Of a DNA stretch of 64,000 bases, positions 18,689 through 29,389 are shown one piece after another. The notes under the pieces were generated by a model. That model worked only from the letters and a program-made list of their open reading frames with translations. It was not told the origin of the DNA and did no database searches. Both the position numbers and the translations under genes were made by a program. Every line of letters begins with the position of its first letter. Within the stretch, counting starts at the first letter, position 1. Source of the DNA: a virus (lineage: Duplodnaviria; Caudoviricetes); IMG/VR virus record IMGVR_UViG_3300010348_001841; one strand, given 5' to 3'.

Positions 18689-19863
18689 TATGAAAATTCC
18701 ACTGTTAATTCAACCATTAAGAAATTGGCCGCCAAGTTTGTGCCGGTAACACCAGAAACTCTTCTTGTAAGTTCAAATTGATATGTATTACCGGCAGTTA
18801 ATCCAGCTGATGCCAATGTACTCGATGTCTGATAATATTGAAAATTAGCATTTGTAGGTATCGAGATGTTTGCCAATTCGGTGGCAGCCGACCATGCACC
18901 TACTGCTGCATTATTGGGTATTAATCTTGAATATATACGCGGCTGAACTACTGATGCAACGCCAGGCGCTGTTTGCGCTCTGCCTCGAATTTTATAGGTA
19001 ACCGTGGTTGCACCTGTAGGAATTGAAACCATAAAACCAACACCTTGTTCGACTGTGTTACTAAACAAACGAACATTCAGCGATGCATATGTAGGATCTG
19101 TCGCTACAGGTGCAATGGCATTTATTGCGAAATCCGAATTTGTCGGTGTGTCTAACGAATTTGCAAAATAAGTGAAGCGCGAACCAATTGTAATATTTGT
19201 TGTACCCGACCCTGCATCAACTACACCAACTGCTTGACCGGAAAAGTTTAGTTTTGTTGCTGCGGCCGAAATTGTTACACCATCTTTAGCGGTAATAACC
19301 GATGATGGGGTTGATCCACCAGCGACAATCGACTGCCCATTAGCAATAACGACAACCTTTAATGTCCTGGTATTACCAGTGACTGTAATTCTTACTGTGT
19401 TTGCATCTGTGGTTACGACATTATTTGCGGTCACAATTGCATTCGTGTTCGTATCCCACAGTGTCACTACGACATTTGTGGTACCTAAATTATGTACGAA
19501 ATCAGCCCTGTATGAACTACCGGAAATTAATGTCCAGGCAGTTCCGCCGCCGCTCGGAGAAACACCAATGTTACCGGCAGCATTTGCACCCATAACATTT
19601 GTGTTTACCCAATTTGTTCCATTATATGCAACAACCTGGGAAGCGGTCGGCGATGTTAGTACAACCGGTAGAAAATTTACCCATGTTGATTGATAAAATT
19701 CAATCTGTGCGGTTGTAGAATTATATCTTAGAAGTCCGGTAACAGGTGAACCCGGTCTCTGCCCGGTCGAGCCGGTAGGTAATACTAAACCACCTGTTCC
19801 CCCTATTGTTAAAGAGGATGTGGTGATTGGCGTAATTGTTTCAAGGCTGGTATCAAAATCCAT
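18688..19863 (-). CDS. Fibre-like virion protein (MDF family)
   Basis: MDFDTSLETITP N-terminus shared with the 19955 and 22602 ORFs; PTGSTGQRP...RYNSTT motif; HNLGT. Confidence 0.6.
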   Translation of the reverse strand: MDFDTSLETITPITTSSLTIGGTGGLVLPTGSTGQRPGSPVTGLLRYNSTTAQIEFYQSTWVNFLPVVLTSPTASQVVAYNGTNWVNTNVMGANAAGNIGVSPSGGGTAWTLISGSSYRADFVHNLGTTNVVVTLWDTNTNAIVTANNVVTTDANTVRITVTGNTRTLKVVVIANGQSIVAGGSTPSSVITAKDGVTISAAATKLNFSGQAVGVVDAGSGTTNITIGSRFTYFANSLDTPTNSDFAINAIAPVATDPTYASLNVRLFSNTVEQGVGFMVSIPTGATTVTYKIRGRAQTAPGVASVVQPRIYSRLIPNNAAVGAWSAATELANISIPTNANFQYYQTSSTLASAGLTAGNTYQFELTRRVSGVTGTNLAANFLMVELTVEFS

Positions 19864-19887
19864 TAGATAACCTTCTGCTAATTACAC

Positions 19888-19895
19888 TATTTATC
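19888..19895 (-). promoter_or_regulatory. Late promoter GATAAATA
   Basis: tatttatc between the terminator and the 19863 start. Confidence 0.6.
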
Positions 19896-19914
19896 ACATT
19901 CCATATATAAAGAG

Positions 19915-19939
19915 AAAAGCCCGGAATTTTCCGGGCTTT
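19915..19939 (-). terminator. Rho-independent terminator
   Basis: aaagcccgga-attt-tccgggcttt; U run follows on the minus strand. Confidence 0.75.
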
Positions 19940-19954
19940 ATTGGTAATTAGATA

Positions 19955-22507
19955 TTAGTTGGTTACCTGAGTCAAATAGCAGGTTGCAACCCAGCGATAG
20001 GTTTGTGCATTGTTACCTGTAACACGAACCCTTAATGATCCATTTGTTGTATCATTACCAACTACAGGATCATTGCCTGCAACAATACTACCGATACGTG
20101 CGACAGTAGTTTTGGATGTTCCAGAAATTGTTGTAGTTCCTGCTGTTGCATCTTTGTAGATCAATCCTTGGAAAATCCACGAACCAAGACTGCCGGTTGC
20201 GTCAGTTCTACGAGCAACAATCTTTAATGTGAATGTCCAGGCAGAGTTATTAGGAAGAACGAGCCTTTGTGTTGCACCAGTACCATCAAGGAACAATTCA
20301 GTCTGTGTGTTATTGGTTGTGGTATTTCGAAGAACACCAATGACCTCTTGTGCATCACCGGCAGTGGCGGTATTACCGTTTGCAATTGCCTTTGTGCCGA
20401 AAATATTTGCACTGGTGCCTTGACCTAAACCAATTGCGTTCGTGCCGCTGGCTGCTGATCCATTTCCGATAGCCACAGCGTTTGTACCTGTAGCCGATGG
20501 GGTAGTTGGTGTAGATGGATTTTCTCTATATAATGAAAGTCCACCATTAGTTAATGTTACCCATGTTGGTGCTGCGGCACCATTAGATTGTAGATATTGC
20601 CCGGAAGTTCCAGCAGCAGTGATAGCCATTGCTGTACCTGAACTGTATACCACACCTCCATTTACCGCTGTTAAACTAGCATTTGTTCCACCATTTGCAA
20701 GTGCAAGTGTACCTGCGACAGTCACTGCACCTGTTGTTGCGGTGTTTGGTGTTAAACCTGTGGTTCCAAAAGAAATGCTTGTTACACCGGCATTTGCAAC
20801 AGTAATTGAGCCAGAACCGTTGGTAATAGTAATACCTGAACCTTGTGTAAGGGTAGTTCTTGTAAATCCAGTTCCATTACCAATATCAATCTGACCGTTT
20901 GTTGGTGTACTTGTTAGTCCAGTTCCACCGTTTGCTACAGCAAGTGTTCCAGCAAGTGTGATTGCACCCGAAGTTGCGGCTGCTGGGGTAAGACCGGTAG
21001 TTCCGCCTGCAAAAGTAGTAACTGCTACAGATGAAAGTGCTGTCGGTGCATATGATGTACCTGCGGTCGAGTATAAGAATTGTCCGGCCGATGGTGCTGT
21101 TGTTGTGCCCGAACCGCCCAGTGTTGCAGAAACAGGACTTGTAAGTGAAAATTGATTGCCTGTGAGTGTTAGGCCAGTTCCTGCTGTATAGGATCCCGAA
21201 CCTGAGAATTGTGCCCAAACAATGTTTGTTGAACCAATAGTTATAGGTGCGGCAGTTGTTTGTGTCCAACCTGTATCAGCATTTGCTGTACCTTGATCGA
21301 CATAAACAGATGCACCAACTAATTCTGTGCCGGTGTCAGCATCACTGGAACGAACAGGGGCGCCCGAGGCTTGAACAATATAGATACCGTTTTCAGTCGG
21401 TGTTGTCTGATTCTTAATAAGAATTCTATCGCCTGTTGCAAGTGTCACGCCGTCGATTGTCTGGCCATTTGCAAATGCTGTAGCAAGAGTTCCGTTGGTA
21501 GTAGTTGCTGCACGAACAGCCTGTTTCCAAGATAGGCCTGCGATAGCCGCATCCACATAATTTTTTGTGGCCGCATCAGTGCCTGCCGATGGTGTATTAG
21601 AAATTGTAACACTGGCAAATGTAGGCGATGAGGATGTTGCAATATTCTGTGGCAAAGATAATGTTACCGCGCCTGTTGATGCTGAAACGTTTACTTGGTT
21701 TGCAGTACCTGTCAACGATGTTACGCCGGTGTTAGTAATTGTGACTGCGCCGGTTGCACCAGATACCGAAATACCTGTGCCTGCTACATTGCTTGTTACA
21801 CCTGTATTATTAATCTGAAATGTGCCAGAACCTGTAGTAGTCGAAATACCAGTGCCCGAGGTAACTGTGAAAGGTACATATGTGCCACCAGTCTGACCGA
21901 CAAGTAATTGACCAGCCGTAGGCGCGGTAGTTGTTCCTGTGCCGCCCGATGTGGCACCTAATGTACCTGCTAATGTTATTGCACCCGTTGTCGCCGTGGA
22001 AGGCGTCAGTCCCGATAATGAAGTCTGAAATGATGTTACAGAAACACCTGATAATGTTCCCCACGAAGGTGCTGAACCTGTTGTGGCAATAAGGACTTGA
22101 CCGGTAGTTCCTGCGGCAGTCGATCCTACTGCACTTGTACTGTTACCATACAGAACTCCATTTTGTGTTAGTGTTGTTGCACCTGTACCACCGTTTGCTA
22201 CAGCAAGCGTTCCTGTTAATGTTAGAGTACCACTTGTTGTAATTGGACCACCACTAAATGTTAGTCCTGTAGTACCACCAGACGCATTCACAGAAGTTAC
22301 AGATCCACCAAAATTAGACCAGGCAGACCCATTATAATACTCCATTTGTGTGGCGGTTGTATTCCAACGCATAGCACCGGCGGCAAGGCCCGATACCGGC
22401 TGCTGGCCTGTAGTGCCTGATGGTAACTCAAGGGCACCTGTACCACCAATTGTAAGTATATTCGTACTGTCCGGTGTTATCGTTTCCGTGGTAAAATCAA
22501 AATCCAT
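19955..22507 (-). CDS. Long fibre protein (MDF...VTN family)
   Basis: Repeated GTLAVANGGTG and GVTS motifs, ENGIY module and conserved C-terminal domain ending QVTN. Confidence 0.75.
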   Translation of the reverse strand: MDFDFTTETITPDSTNILTIGGTGALELPSGTTGQQPVSGLAAGAMRWNTTATQMEYYNGSAWSNFGGSVTSVNASGGTTGLTFSGGPITTSGTLTLTGTLAVANGGTGATTLTQNGVLYGNSTSAVGSTAAGTTGQVLIATTGSAPSWGTLSGVSVTSFQTSLSGLTPSTATTGAITLAGTLGATSGGTGTTTAPTAGQLLVGQTGGTYVPFTVTSGTGISTTTGSGTFQINNTGVTSNVAGTGISVSGATGAVTITNTGVTSLTGTANQVNVSASTGAVTLSLPQNIATSSSPTFASVTISNTPSAGTDAATKNYVDAAIAGLSWKQAVRAATTTNGTLATAFANGQTIDGVTLATGDRILIKNQTTPTENGIYIVQASGAPVRSSDADTGTELVGASVYVDQGTANADTGWTQTTAAPITIGSTNIVWAQFSGSGSYTAGTGLTLTGNQFSLTSPVSATLGGSGTTTAPSAGQFLYSTAGTSYAPTALSSVAVTTFAGGTTGLTPAAATSGAITLAGTLAVANGGTGLTSTPTNGQIDIGNGTGFTRTTLTQGSGITITNGSGSITVANAGVTSISFGTTGLTPNTATTGAVTVAGTLALANGGTNASLTAVNGGVVYSSGTAMAITAAGTSGQYLQSNGAAAPTWVTLTNGGLSLYRENPSTPTTPSATGTNAVAIGNGSAASGTNAIGLGQGTSANIFGTKAIANGNTATAGDAQEVIGVLRNTTTNNTQTELFLDGTGATQRLVLPNNSAWTFTLKIVARRTDATGSLGSWIFQGLIYKDATAGTTTISGTSKTTVARIGSIVAGNDPVVGNDTTNGSLRVRVTGNNAQTYRWVATCYLTQVTN

Positions 22508-22558
22508 AATTTATTGTCCTCTATGCAAAATTCTTATTTCTATTATTTATGCACATTA

Positions 22559-22587
22559 ATAAAAATACCCGGCTTGCCGGGTATTTT
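22559..22587 (-). terminator. Rho-independent terminator, followed by late promoter CATAAATA (22544-22551)
   Basis: aaaatacccgg-cttg-ccgggtatttt. Confidence 0.8.
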
Positions 22588-22601
22588 CAGTGTAGTTATA
22601 A

Positions 22602-25265
22602 TTAGTTAGTTACTTCTGTTGTCTGTACTGTTGCAACCCAACGAATTGTTTTAGCATTTTCGCCAGTTACACGAACACGGAATGCACCAGTTGCGGTATC
22701 AACTGATACTGCGGCATCCCATGCTGCATTTGTTTCTCCAAGAACTGTCTTTGAAGGTGTTCCCACAAAAGTAACAGATCCTGCAGTTGCATCCTTCTTT
22801 ACAACACCAACAAAGCGATAACCTGCGCCACCGCCAGTTGCATCTGTACGACGACCTGCAACAAGAATATCAAAGGTAAACAATGCGTTATCTGGAACAA
22901 CAATTTGCTCTGACGTACCATTAATAAACAATTCAGTTAGGACGTTTGTAGTTGTTGTATTTCTTACAACATAAACACCGTGCTGGGCAGAACCAGGAGT
23001 TGTGCTGAATTGGCCATTTGCATATGCCTTCATTCCGGTAATTCTTGCATCTGTTCCATTGCCTACTGCAAAACCATCAGTAGCTGATGCTTGTGATGCA
23101 CTGCCAATTGCTACGGCATTATTGCCGGTTGCGACAGGTGTGGTTGGTGTAACTGCATTTTCGGTATATAGCTGAAGTGCGCCCGACAGGTCATTGAACA
23201 CCAAGCCACGGAATGTTGGTTGTGCTGCTCCACCAGATGCAGGACCTGCAAATACTAGATTAGCAGATTGTGTATTTAAGGTAATTGTGGCAGCTACAGA
23301 ACCAGTTGTAGTTGTGGTAGGTGTTACTGTGTAGATTGGTGTTGTTGAATTGTCATTCAACGAGAATCCAGTTACACCAGTGTTCGCAATTGTTAGAACG
23401 TTTGCACCTGGTGTTACAGAAATGCCAGCACCGGCCGAAACTGTCTTGTATTCAAGTCCTGTAGCACCTGTATTGACTGCTAAGAATTGGTTAGCTGTTC
23501 CGATGGATGTTAGTCCTGTACCACCATTTGTTGTTGCAAGAGTTCCGGCAAGTGTTACCGCACCTGTTGTGGCAGTGTTTGGTGTCAATCCTGTTGTGCC
23601 TGCGTTGAAACTTGTAACTACTTCGGTGTTATCGATATCAATTGTGATTGATCCAGCACCATTTGTTACTGTAATACCTGTGCCGCCAGTGACTGTTCCA
23701 GCAACTGGAGGGTTTCCTGTAGAACCAATAAGAATCTGACCGTTTGTTAGCGCACCGGTTGATGTTACAAGACCACCTGTACCAGCATATAGAGCACCAT
23801 TAGGTGTTAGAGTATCAACAGTCAACGATGTTGTTACTTCAACCGAACCTGGAGCAATAAATGTCGATGGAACACTTAATGTTACTGCGCCTGTCGAAGC
23901 TGAGACAGAAACTTGATTAGCTGTGCCAGTTAATGAGGTTACGCCTGTATTCGAAATAGTAATCGAGCCGGCACCATTGGCTACAGAAATACCAGTTCCT
24001 GTGCTTAGAGTTGCTAGTGTGTAATCAACACCGTTACCAATTAGAATCTGTCCATTTGTTGGTGTAGATGTTGTGCCTGTACCACCATTTGTTGGAGAAA
24101 CAGGTGTAGTTAGGGAAAACTGATTACCAGTTAGTGTAAGTCCGTTTCCTGCTGTATATGCACCTGCACCTGCAAATTGCACGAATTGCAATGGGTCTGT
24201 GCCTAATGTCTGCACATCGTCAATCTGTACCCATGCTGTATCAGCATTTGCTGTACCCTGCTCAACGAATACGGCAGCGCCGTTAATTTCGTTAATCGGT
24301 GTTGTTGAATCCATGTCTGTGGATCTTGTTGGGGCACCAGAAACATTAACAGTATAGATACCATTTTCTGATTGAGTTGTTTGGTTCTTAATAAGGATAC
24401 GCATGCCGGTTACTAATGTAACACCGTCAATGACATCTCCATTTTCAAACGATGTGGCAAGAGTTCCAGGGCCAGTTGTGGCAGCGACCACAGACTGTTT
24501 CCATGAAAGTCCATTTGCAAGAGCATCGGCATAATCTTTGTTAACTGCATCGCTGCCATTAACAGGAGCAGCAAGACCAGTTACAGTGTTTGTGCCACCC
24601 ATATTTAGGTCACCGGTCATTGTATCGCCGGCTACGTTTACGTAGACGCTGTCAACAAGTGAAGTGATATCCGATTGAACTACTGCCGTATTTCCTGTTA
24701 CACGACCAAAACCATCTAATGTAACCTTAACAAAATTACCTGTATTTGCTTGCGTGACCGATGCAAGATCGATAGTTGGATCTGCTGCAATACCATCACC
24801 GTTTGTTACTGAAATATTTCCAGATGTGCCCTGAATTGTTCTTGAAGCCCATGTATTTGTGCCTGTAGCCACAAGAACACCAGTTGTGTTGAAAGTGCCT
24901 AATGCTTGTAGACCGGCATCAAGCGTAAAGGTGAAAGTGCCCGCAGATGTGATTGGGGAACCAGTGACTGTTAGGCTTGATGAATTCGAAACTGCTGCAA
25001 CAGATGTAACAGTGCTTGAAGATGTGGAAAGTGGTGACCATAGTGTACCGTTCCAGTATTCCAACAATGTTGTTTCTGTGTTATAGCGGAACATACCTGT
25101 ATCAGGTGTGCCTGGTTGTTCAGCAGTAGTTCCCTTAGGTACGGTAATAGCACCATTACCGATGACAGTTAAGACACCTGCTGTGCCACCCAATGGTGGT
25201 AAGGTTGTTACATCAAGGGTTTGAAGTCCACCAAAAATCGCACCCGTATCAAAATTGAAATCCAT
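22602..25265 (-). CDS. Long fibre protein (MDF...VTN family)
   Basis: Paralog of 19955..22507 with the same N-terminal, ENGIY and C-terminal EVTN domains. Confidence 0.75.
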   Translation of the reverse strand: MDFNFDTGAIFGGLQTLDVTTLPPLGGTAGVLTVIGNGAITVPKGTTAEQPGTPDTGMFRYNTETTLLEYWNGTLWSPLSTSSSTVTSVAAVSNSSSLTVTGSPITSAGTFTFTLDAGLQALGTFNTTGVLVATGTNTWASRTIQGTSGNISVTNGDGIAADPTIDLASVTQANTGNFVKVTLDGFGRVTGNTAVVQSDITSLVDSVYVNVAGDTMTGDLNMGGTNTVTGLAAPVNGSDAVNKDYADALANGLSWKQSVVAATTGPGTLATSFENGDVIDGVTLVTGMRILIKNQTTQSENGIYTVNVSGAPTRSTDMDSTTPINEINGAAVFVEQGTANADTAWVQIDDVQTLGTDPLQFVQFAGAGAYTAGNGLTLTGNQFSLTTPVSPTNGGTGTTSTPTNGQILIGNGVDYTLATLSTGTGISVANGAGSITISNTGVTSLTGTANQVSVSASTGAVTLSVPSTFIAPGSVEVTTSLTVDTLTPNGALYAGTGGLVTSTGALTNGQILIGSTGNPPVAGTVTGGTGITVTNGAGSITIDIDNTEVVTSFNAGTTGLTPNTATTGAVTLAGTLATTNGGTGLTSIGTANQFLAVNTGATGLEYKTVSAGAGISVTPGANVLTIANTGVTGFSLNDNSTTPIYTVTPTTTTTGSVAATITLNTQSANLVFAGPASGGAAQPTFRGLVFNDLSGALQLYTENAVTPTTPVATGNNAVAIGSASQASATDGFAVGNGTDARITGMKAYANGQFSTTPGSAQHGVYVVRNTTTTNVLTELFINGTSEQIVVPDNALFTFDILVAGRRTDATGGGAGYRFVGVVKKDATAGSVTFVGTPSKTVLGETNAAWDAAVSVDTATGAFRVRVTGENAKTIRWVATVQTTEVTN

Positions 25266-25279
25266 TTATAATTGTTCCT

Positions 25280-26461
25280 TTAGTTTGTGACTTCGACTGT
25301 CTCGACCAATGCGACCCATCGTATAATTTTGCCATTTTCGCCCGTCACAGAAATTTTTAGCGAACCATTTATGGCATCTGCAGATATATTTATATCCCAA
25401 CTTGGATTAGATTCAGCTAACACCGTCTTTTGAATCGATCCCTGAATTCCTGTAGTAGAAACACCAGATCCACGATAGATCACGCCTGCTGCTGTATACC
25501 CTGCATGACCGTCACCTAGATCTGTTCTGTGTGCTGTGACTGTGATCTTGAAAGTCCAGGTTGAATTATCCGGTAATACTACTCTAACCGAACCGCCCGT
25601 ACCATCAACAAAAAGTTCTTGTGGGGCATTATTAATTGTTGTGCCCCTAACCATATAACGACCTACTTGTGCATCGCCGTTATTCGAAAATCTGCCACTT
25701 GCTTGTACAACTCCGCCTGGAATTCTAGCCAGAGATTGAAGACCGATGGCTAAAGAATTATTTGCCCCCGTCTGAGTTTCTGCGCCAGAACCAATGGCAA
25801 CAGAATCAAGGGCTTGTGCTACGGGTGCGGTAAAACCATTAACCTTTTCACTATAAAGATTAGGTTTTGTTGCAATTACATTCCAACTTGAACCGTTATA
25901 TCTATAGATTGCATTCCCATTTGTGACTGCCTGGTCAATATAGATAGCGCCTAGTGATGCTACGCCAACCGGTGCCCCAGTACCTTCTTGCATACTAGGC
26001 GCGCCGCCGGCGTTAATTACTTGTAGTTGATTTGTAACATTTCCAAGGCCGGCTTGTGCAGGCGTAATAGAAATTGGTGCATTTGTTGCTGAGGTTATCT
26101 GGCCTTTAGAATTTACAGTGAAAGCGCCGACAATTGATGAGGAACCGTATGTTCCTGCAATTACCCCAGTTGGAGAAATAGTTGTTGTTACAGGAGATAA
26201 ACCGCTGCCTGTAACATCGCCTATAAGTGTTATCGATCCTGCTGATGGATTCTGCCAAGATAAAATTCCGGCGCCATTTGTTGTCAGCACTTGGCCAGAA
26301 GTTCCAGATGTTATTGGATAACTATTTCCTGTAATTACTACAGGATTACCGCCGTTGCTTATTGGAAAATTATTTGTATTTAGTGGACCACCGAGTGAGG
26401 GCGAGGTATCATCTACGACAAGAGTATTATGTGCTAATAACGAACTGACTTTGATAACCAT
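25280..26461 (-). CDS. Fibre protein with the VTN C-terminal domain
   Basis: DDTSPSLGGPL, GTSGQVLTTNGAG, YadA-like SVAIG repeats and a C-terminal RWVALVETVEVTN shared with the two preceding ORFs. Confidence 0.7.
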   Translation of the reverse strand: MVIKVSSLLAHNTLVVDDTSPSLGGPLNTNNFPISNGGNPVVITGNSYPITSGTSGQVLTTNGAGILSWQNPSAGSITLIGDVTGSGLSPVTTTISPTGVIAGTYGSSSIVGAFTVNSKGQITSATNAPISITPAQAGLGNVTNQLQVINAGGAPSMQEGTGAPVGVASLGAIYIDQAVTNGNAIYRYNGSSWNVIATKPNLYSEKVNGFTAPVAQALDSVAIGSGAETQTGANNSLAIGLQSLARIPGGVVQASGRFSNNGDAQVGRYMVRGTTINNAPQELFVDGTGGSVRVVLPDNSTWTFKITVTAHRTDLGDGHAGYTAAGVIYRGSGVSTTGIQGSIQKTVLAESNPSWDINISADAINGSLKISVTGENGKIIRWVALVETVEVTN

Positions 26462-26528
26462 AATGAATTCCCGTTACCCCGGTGTTTTCATTATTTATCA
26501 CATTTTCAATAATTTATAACCAAGGAGT

Positions 26529-27407
26529 TTATACCAATGGAACACCTCTCCAGGCCCCATTTATGTAGATATATAATGTGGACTCCGAGGTGTCAACGTA
26601 CATCGGTACCATACCGGGTATGGAATCGGGAGTACCAGATGGTGCGCCACCGGTAGATGCTGGTATATATATAAATCCGGCAGTCGAGGAATTTGTTATT
26701 GTCTGACTACCTACTGCCACACTTCCGTTTGCTGAAGTTAGAAATAAATTGGTATCGCCATCAACTGTAAGTGTTTGCCCAATCTCTGAAGAAATAAGAC
26801 CGGGGACCGCTGTTCCTAGAGTTAGTGTTGACGTAATAGAATCATAGACAAAATTTGCACTCGATGTAACAGTTCCGGGCGATGTATCACCAAACACAAC
26901 TTGTGTAGGGCTCACTGGCAACGGACCCGAACCACCACCTCCCATAATTCTCCATGTTGATGGTGCAACACATTCATATATAACTGTCGGCCCCACTACT
27001 CGCTGACCTGGTTGAATTGTAGGATATGCTGCATTCAGCTGTGGAACTGTCAGGGCATCATTTGCGGTAAAGTCAAGAGTAAATGGATAATATTCAAGAA
27101 CATTTAGTGCAGAAGCACCGATATACATTCCAACATCCGGGGTCACTAGGCCTGACGGCCATGCAGCATTATTGATGAGTAGGACACCACCCGACGATAC
27201 TGCAAGTTCAAGATTTCCGCCTGTGCCGGGAATAACATTTAGATCAATACCGGTAGGTGTAGTTATATTTCCTGCTGCAAGAGGGTCGTCACCGATATTC
27301 AATTGTCTTGAAACATTTGCTTGTCCGATAATACTAAAGTCCACAAATAAAGTGGGATCTGTAGCAGTATATCTAATTACACCATCTTGAACTTTTACTT
27401 TTTGCAT
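26529..27407 (-). CDS. Hypothetical virion protein
   Basis: 292-aa ORF; late promoter at 27429-27436; C-terminal VPMYVDT...LYIYINGAWR fibre-like motif. Confidence 0.5.
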   Translation of the reverse strand: MQKVKVQDGVIRYTATDPTLFVDFSIIGQANVSRQLNIGDDPLAAGNITTPTGIDLNVIPGTGGNLELAVSSGGVLLINNAAWPSGLVTPDVGMYIGASALNVLEYYPFTLDFTANDALTVPQLNAAYPTIQPGQRVVGPTVIYECVAPSTWRIMGGGGSGPLPVSPTQVVFGDTSPGTVTSSANFVYDSITSTLTLGTAVPGLISSEIGQTLTVDGDTNLFLTSANGSVAVGSQTITNSSTAGFIYIPASTGGAPSGTPDSIPGMVPMYVDTSESTLYIYINGAWRGVPLV

Positions 27408-27502
27408 AGAAGTACCTACCGTTTTCTATATTTATCAGAATTTTATAAAGTGCGATAGGCAATAAAATTCTAATAAATATGTAATAGAACTTCAGACTTA
27501 TT

Positions 27503-28159
27503 ATGAACTACAAAAAATTATATGAACAGATAATCAACGTTGCTAGAGAAAGATCTCTATTACCCGGTATATATTTTGAAACTCATCATATAGTTCCTAA
27601 GTCACTAGGTGGTAGTGATTCTGCATCTAACCTGGTAAAACTTACCGCTAAAGAACACTTTGTTGCACATCACCTTCTATGGAAAATTTATAGAAATAAA
27701 GAAATGACTCATGCATTTATGTTGATGTGTAACACTAAAAGAGGCGGTGAAAAGTTCAAAATCAATGCAAAAGAATATCAGCTACTAAAAGAAGACAATC
27801 GTAAGTTTAGAAGTGAATTTATGAATGGCAGACCTGGTAATAATTTAGGTAAGACATTGCCACAGGAATGGCGCGATAATATTTCTAAGGGGCAAAAAGG
27901 CAAACCTAAGAAAAAAGGAAATCCTTCTCCGTTCAAAGGAAAAACACACACAATTGAAACTAAAAGAAAGATTAGTGAAAAACGTAAAGGTATAGCAACT
28001 AGAACTGGTATTCCTTTTTCAGAAGAAACTAAGAAGATGATGTCTGAGAATAGAAAAGGTAAAACAAAACAACCCTGGTCGGAAGAACGAAAAGCTGCCA
28101 GATCAGAAATGATGCGAGAGTTACATAAGAAACGTAAACAAGAAAAAAGCCCCGAATAA
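27503..28159 (+). mobile_element. Free-standing HNH homing endonuclease with NUMOD3-type repeats
   Basis: ETHHIVPKSLGGSDSASNLVKLTAKEHFVAHHLL; KTHTIETKRKIS-type repeats; convergent on gp23. Confidence 0.9.
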
Positions 28160-28170
28160 CGGGGCTTTTT
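28143..28170. terminator. Bidirectional terminator between the HNH gene and gp23
   Basis: aaaaaagccccg-aataa-cggggcttttt. Confidence 0.85.
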
Positions 28171-28200
28171 AGTTTGTACCTTATAGTACCAATCTTTCGA

Positions 28201-29373
28201 TCAGTAAAATTTCAAGGTGGTCGAGTCGATACCAACCTTCGACAAGTAATCCGCTGCGTTACCGAACGAATTAGCTGTGTTGGTTAGCTCTAGATAGCCG
28301 TAACGTGTCATGAACGAAACGACTGGCTCGAATGTTTGTGGATCCATAACAGGACCAACGCTCATCAATGGGATGTATGGGCAGTAGTAAGCTGCGGCGT
28401 CAGTTTCTGTAGGTCCCTTGTATCCGATAAGAACTGGATCTGCATCGCTTGCGTATTGGTTAACATAAACACGCATTGTGCTGTTCAATGTACCAACAAA
28501 CTTTGTGTTTGTAGGTGCTTCGAATGTACCTTCTGTTGTACGTGCGAACGAAGATGTTGTTGCAGACTGAAGAATTGTCAACGCTGTTGGCGAAACAACT
28601 GCCCAGTTAGCAGCACCACGACGTGTACGTGCAGCGATAAGGTTAGCTTGCTGGTTGATCATAACTGCTAGAGCAGCCATTTCGTCACCAACGTATGTAG
28701 CTGTACCAGAAACCGCAGCTTGGTTGAATGTTGTCGGAGCAACAGGAACCAACGAACCAAGCTTGAATAGCATTTCTTGGTCGATTTCAACTGTAATTTC
28801 TTGTGCAAGAGCTTGCATGATTTCTGCTTCGATGTCGATACCGTGGATTGCGTTAGCATCTTGAGCAGCTTCGAAAGTCCAGCGAGCTGACAACTTACGT
28901 GTCTTAGCTTCAACTGTTTCCTTCAAAATTTGGATGCTCAACTTGTTACCTGGAACGCCTTCCATACGTGCTGTTGATGCTGCACCTGGGTCAGCAACAA
29001 CTTCGTTACCCGAATATGCCTTAGCAATTTCGAATGGACCAAGTGCTTCTGTACCAGCTGTTACACCAGCGGCTGTGTTAGCGTAGCGAACACGTAGAGT
29101 GTGGATCTGTCCTACTGGACCTGTAATAGGCTGAACACCCATGATTTCGTTAGCGATAACTGTAGGCATAACACGACGGATTAGGGGTAGCATTACCTTG
29201 TTTAGAACTGCAATGTTACCAGCTTGTGTTGCACCTGCTGTTGCCGATTCAGCCAAGTAACGACGTGTATTTTCAAATACAACGTCCATCGACTGACGAC
29301 GTGTGCCTGATAGGCCTTCTAGAAGGGCTTCTTTTGTTGCGCCCCAGTTTGATTCAAATAGCTTAGTTGCCAT
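28201..29373 (-). CDS. gp23: Major capsid protein (T4 gp23 family)
   Basis: LIRRVMPTVIANEIMGVQPITGPVGQI, VEAKTRKLSARWT, YCPYIPL, FMTRYG. Confidence 0.97.
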   Translation of the reverse strand: MATKLFESNWGATKEALLEGLSGTRRQSMDVVFENTRRYLAESATAGATQAGNIAVLNKVMLPLIRRVMPTVIANEIMGVQPITGPVGQIHTLRVRYANTAAGVTAGTEALGPFEIAKAYSGNEVVADPGAASTARMEGVPGNKLSIQILKETVEAKTRKLSARWTFEAAQDANAIHGIDIEAEIMQALAQEITVEIDQEMLFKLGSLVPVAPTTFNQAAVSGTATYVGDEMAALAVMINQQANLIAARTRRGAANWAVVSPTALTILQSATTSSFARTTEGTFEAPTNTKFVGTLNSTMRVYVNQYASDADPVLIGYKGPTETDAAAYYCPYIPLMSVGPVMDPQTFEPVVSFMTRYGYLELTNTANSFGNAADYLSKVGIDSTTLKFY

Positions 29374-29389
29374 TATAATTTCTCCTAAA

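Noticed and set aside
897-27390. Many plus-strand Val/Pro/Ala-rich ORFs (e.g. 1388..2083, 2927..3361, 4111..4596, 20442..20894, 23350..23739)
   Set aside because: Antisense shadows of Thr/Gly-rich fibre genes: ACN/GGN codons give few stops on the opposite strand, and no protein motifs are recognisable.
424-27407. Diversity-generating retroelement or invertible fibre cassette
   Set aside because: No reverse transcriptase or recombinase in the window, and no near-identical repeat pair differing only at adenines was seen. The shared modules differ at many synonymous sites.
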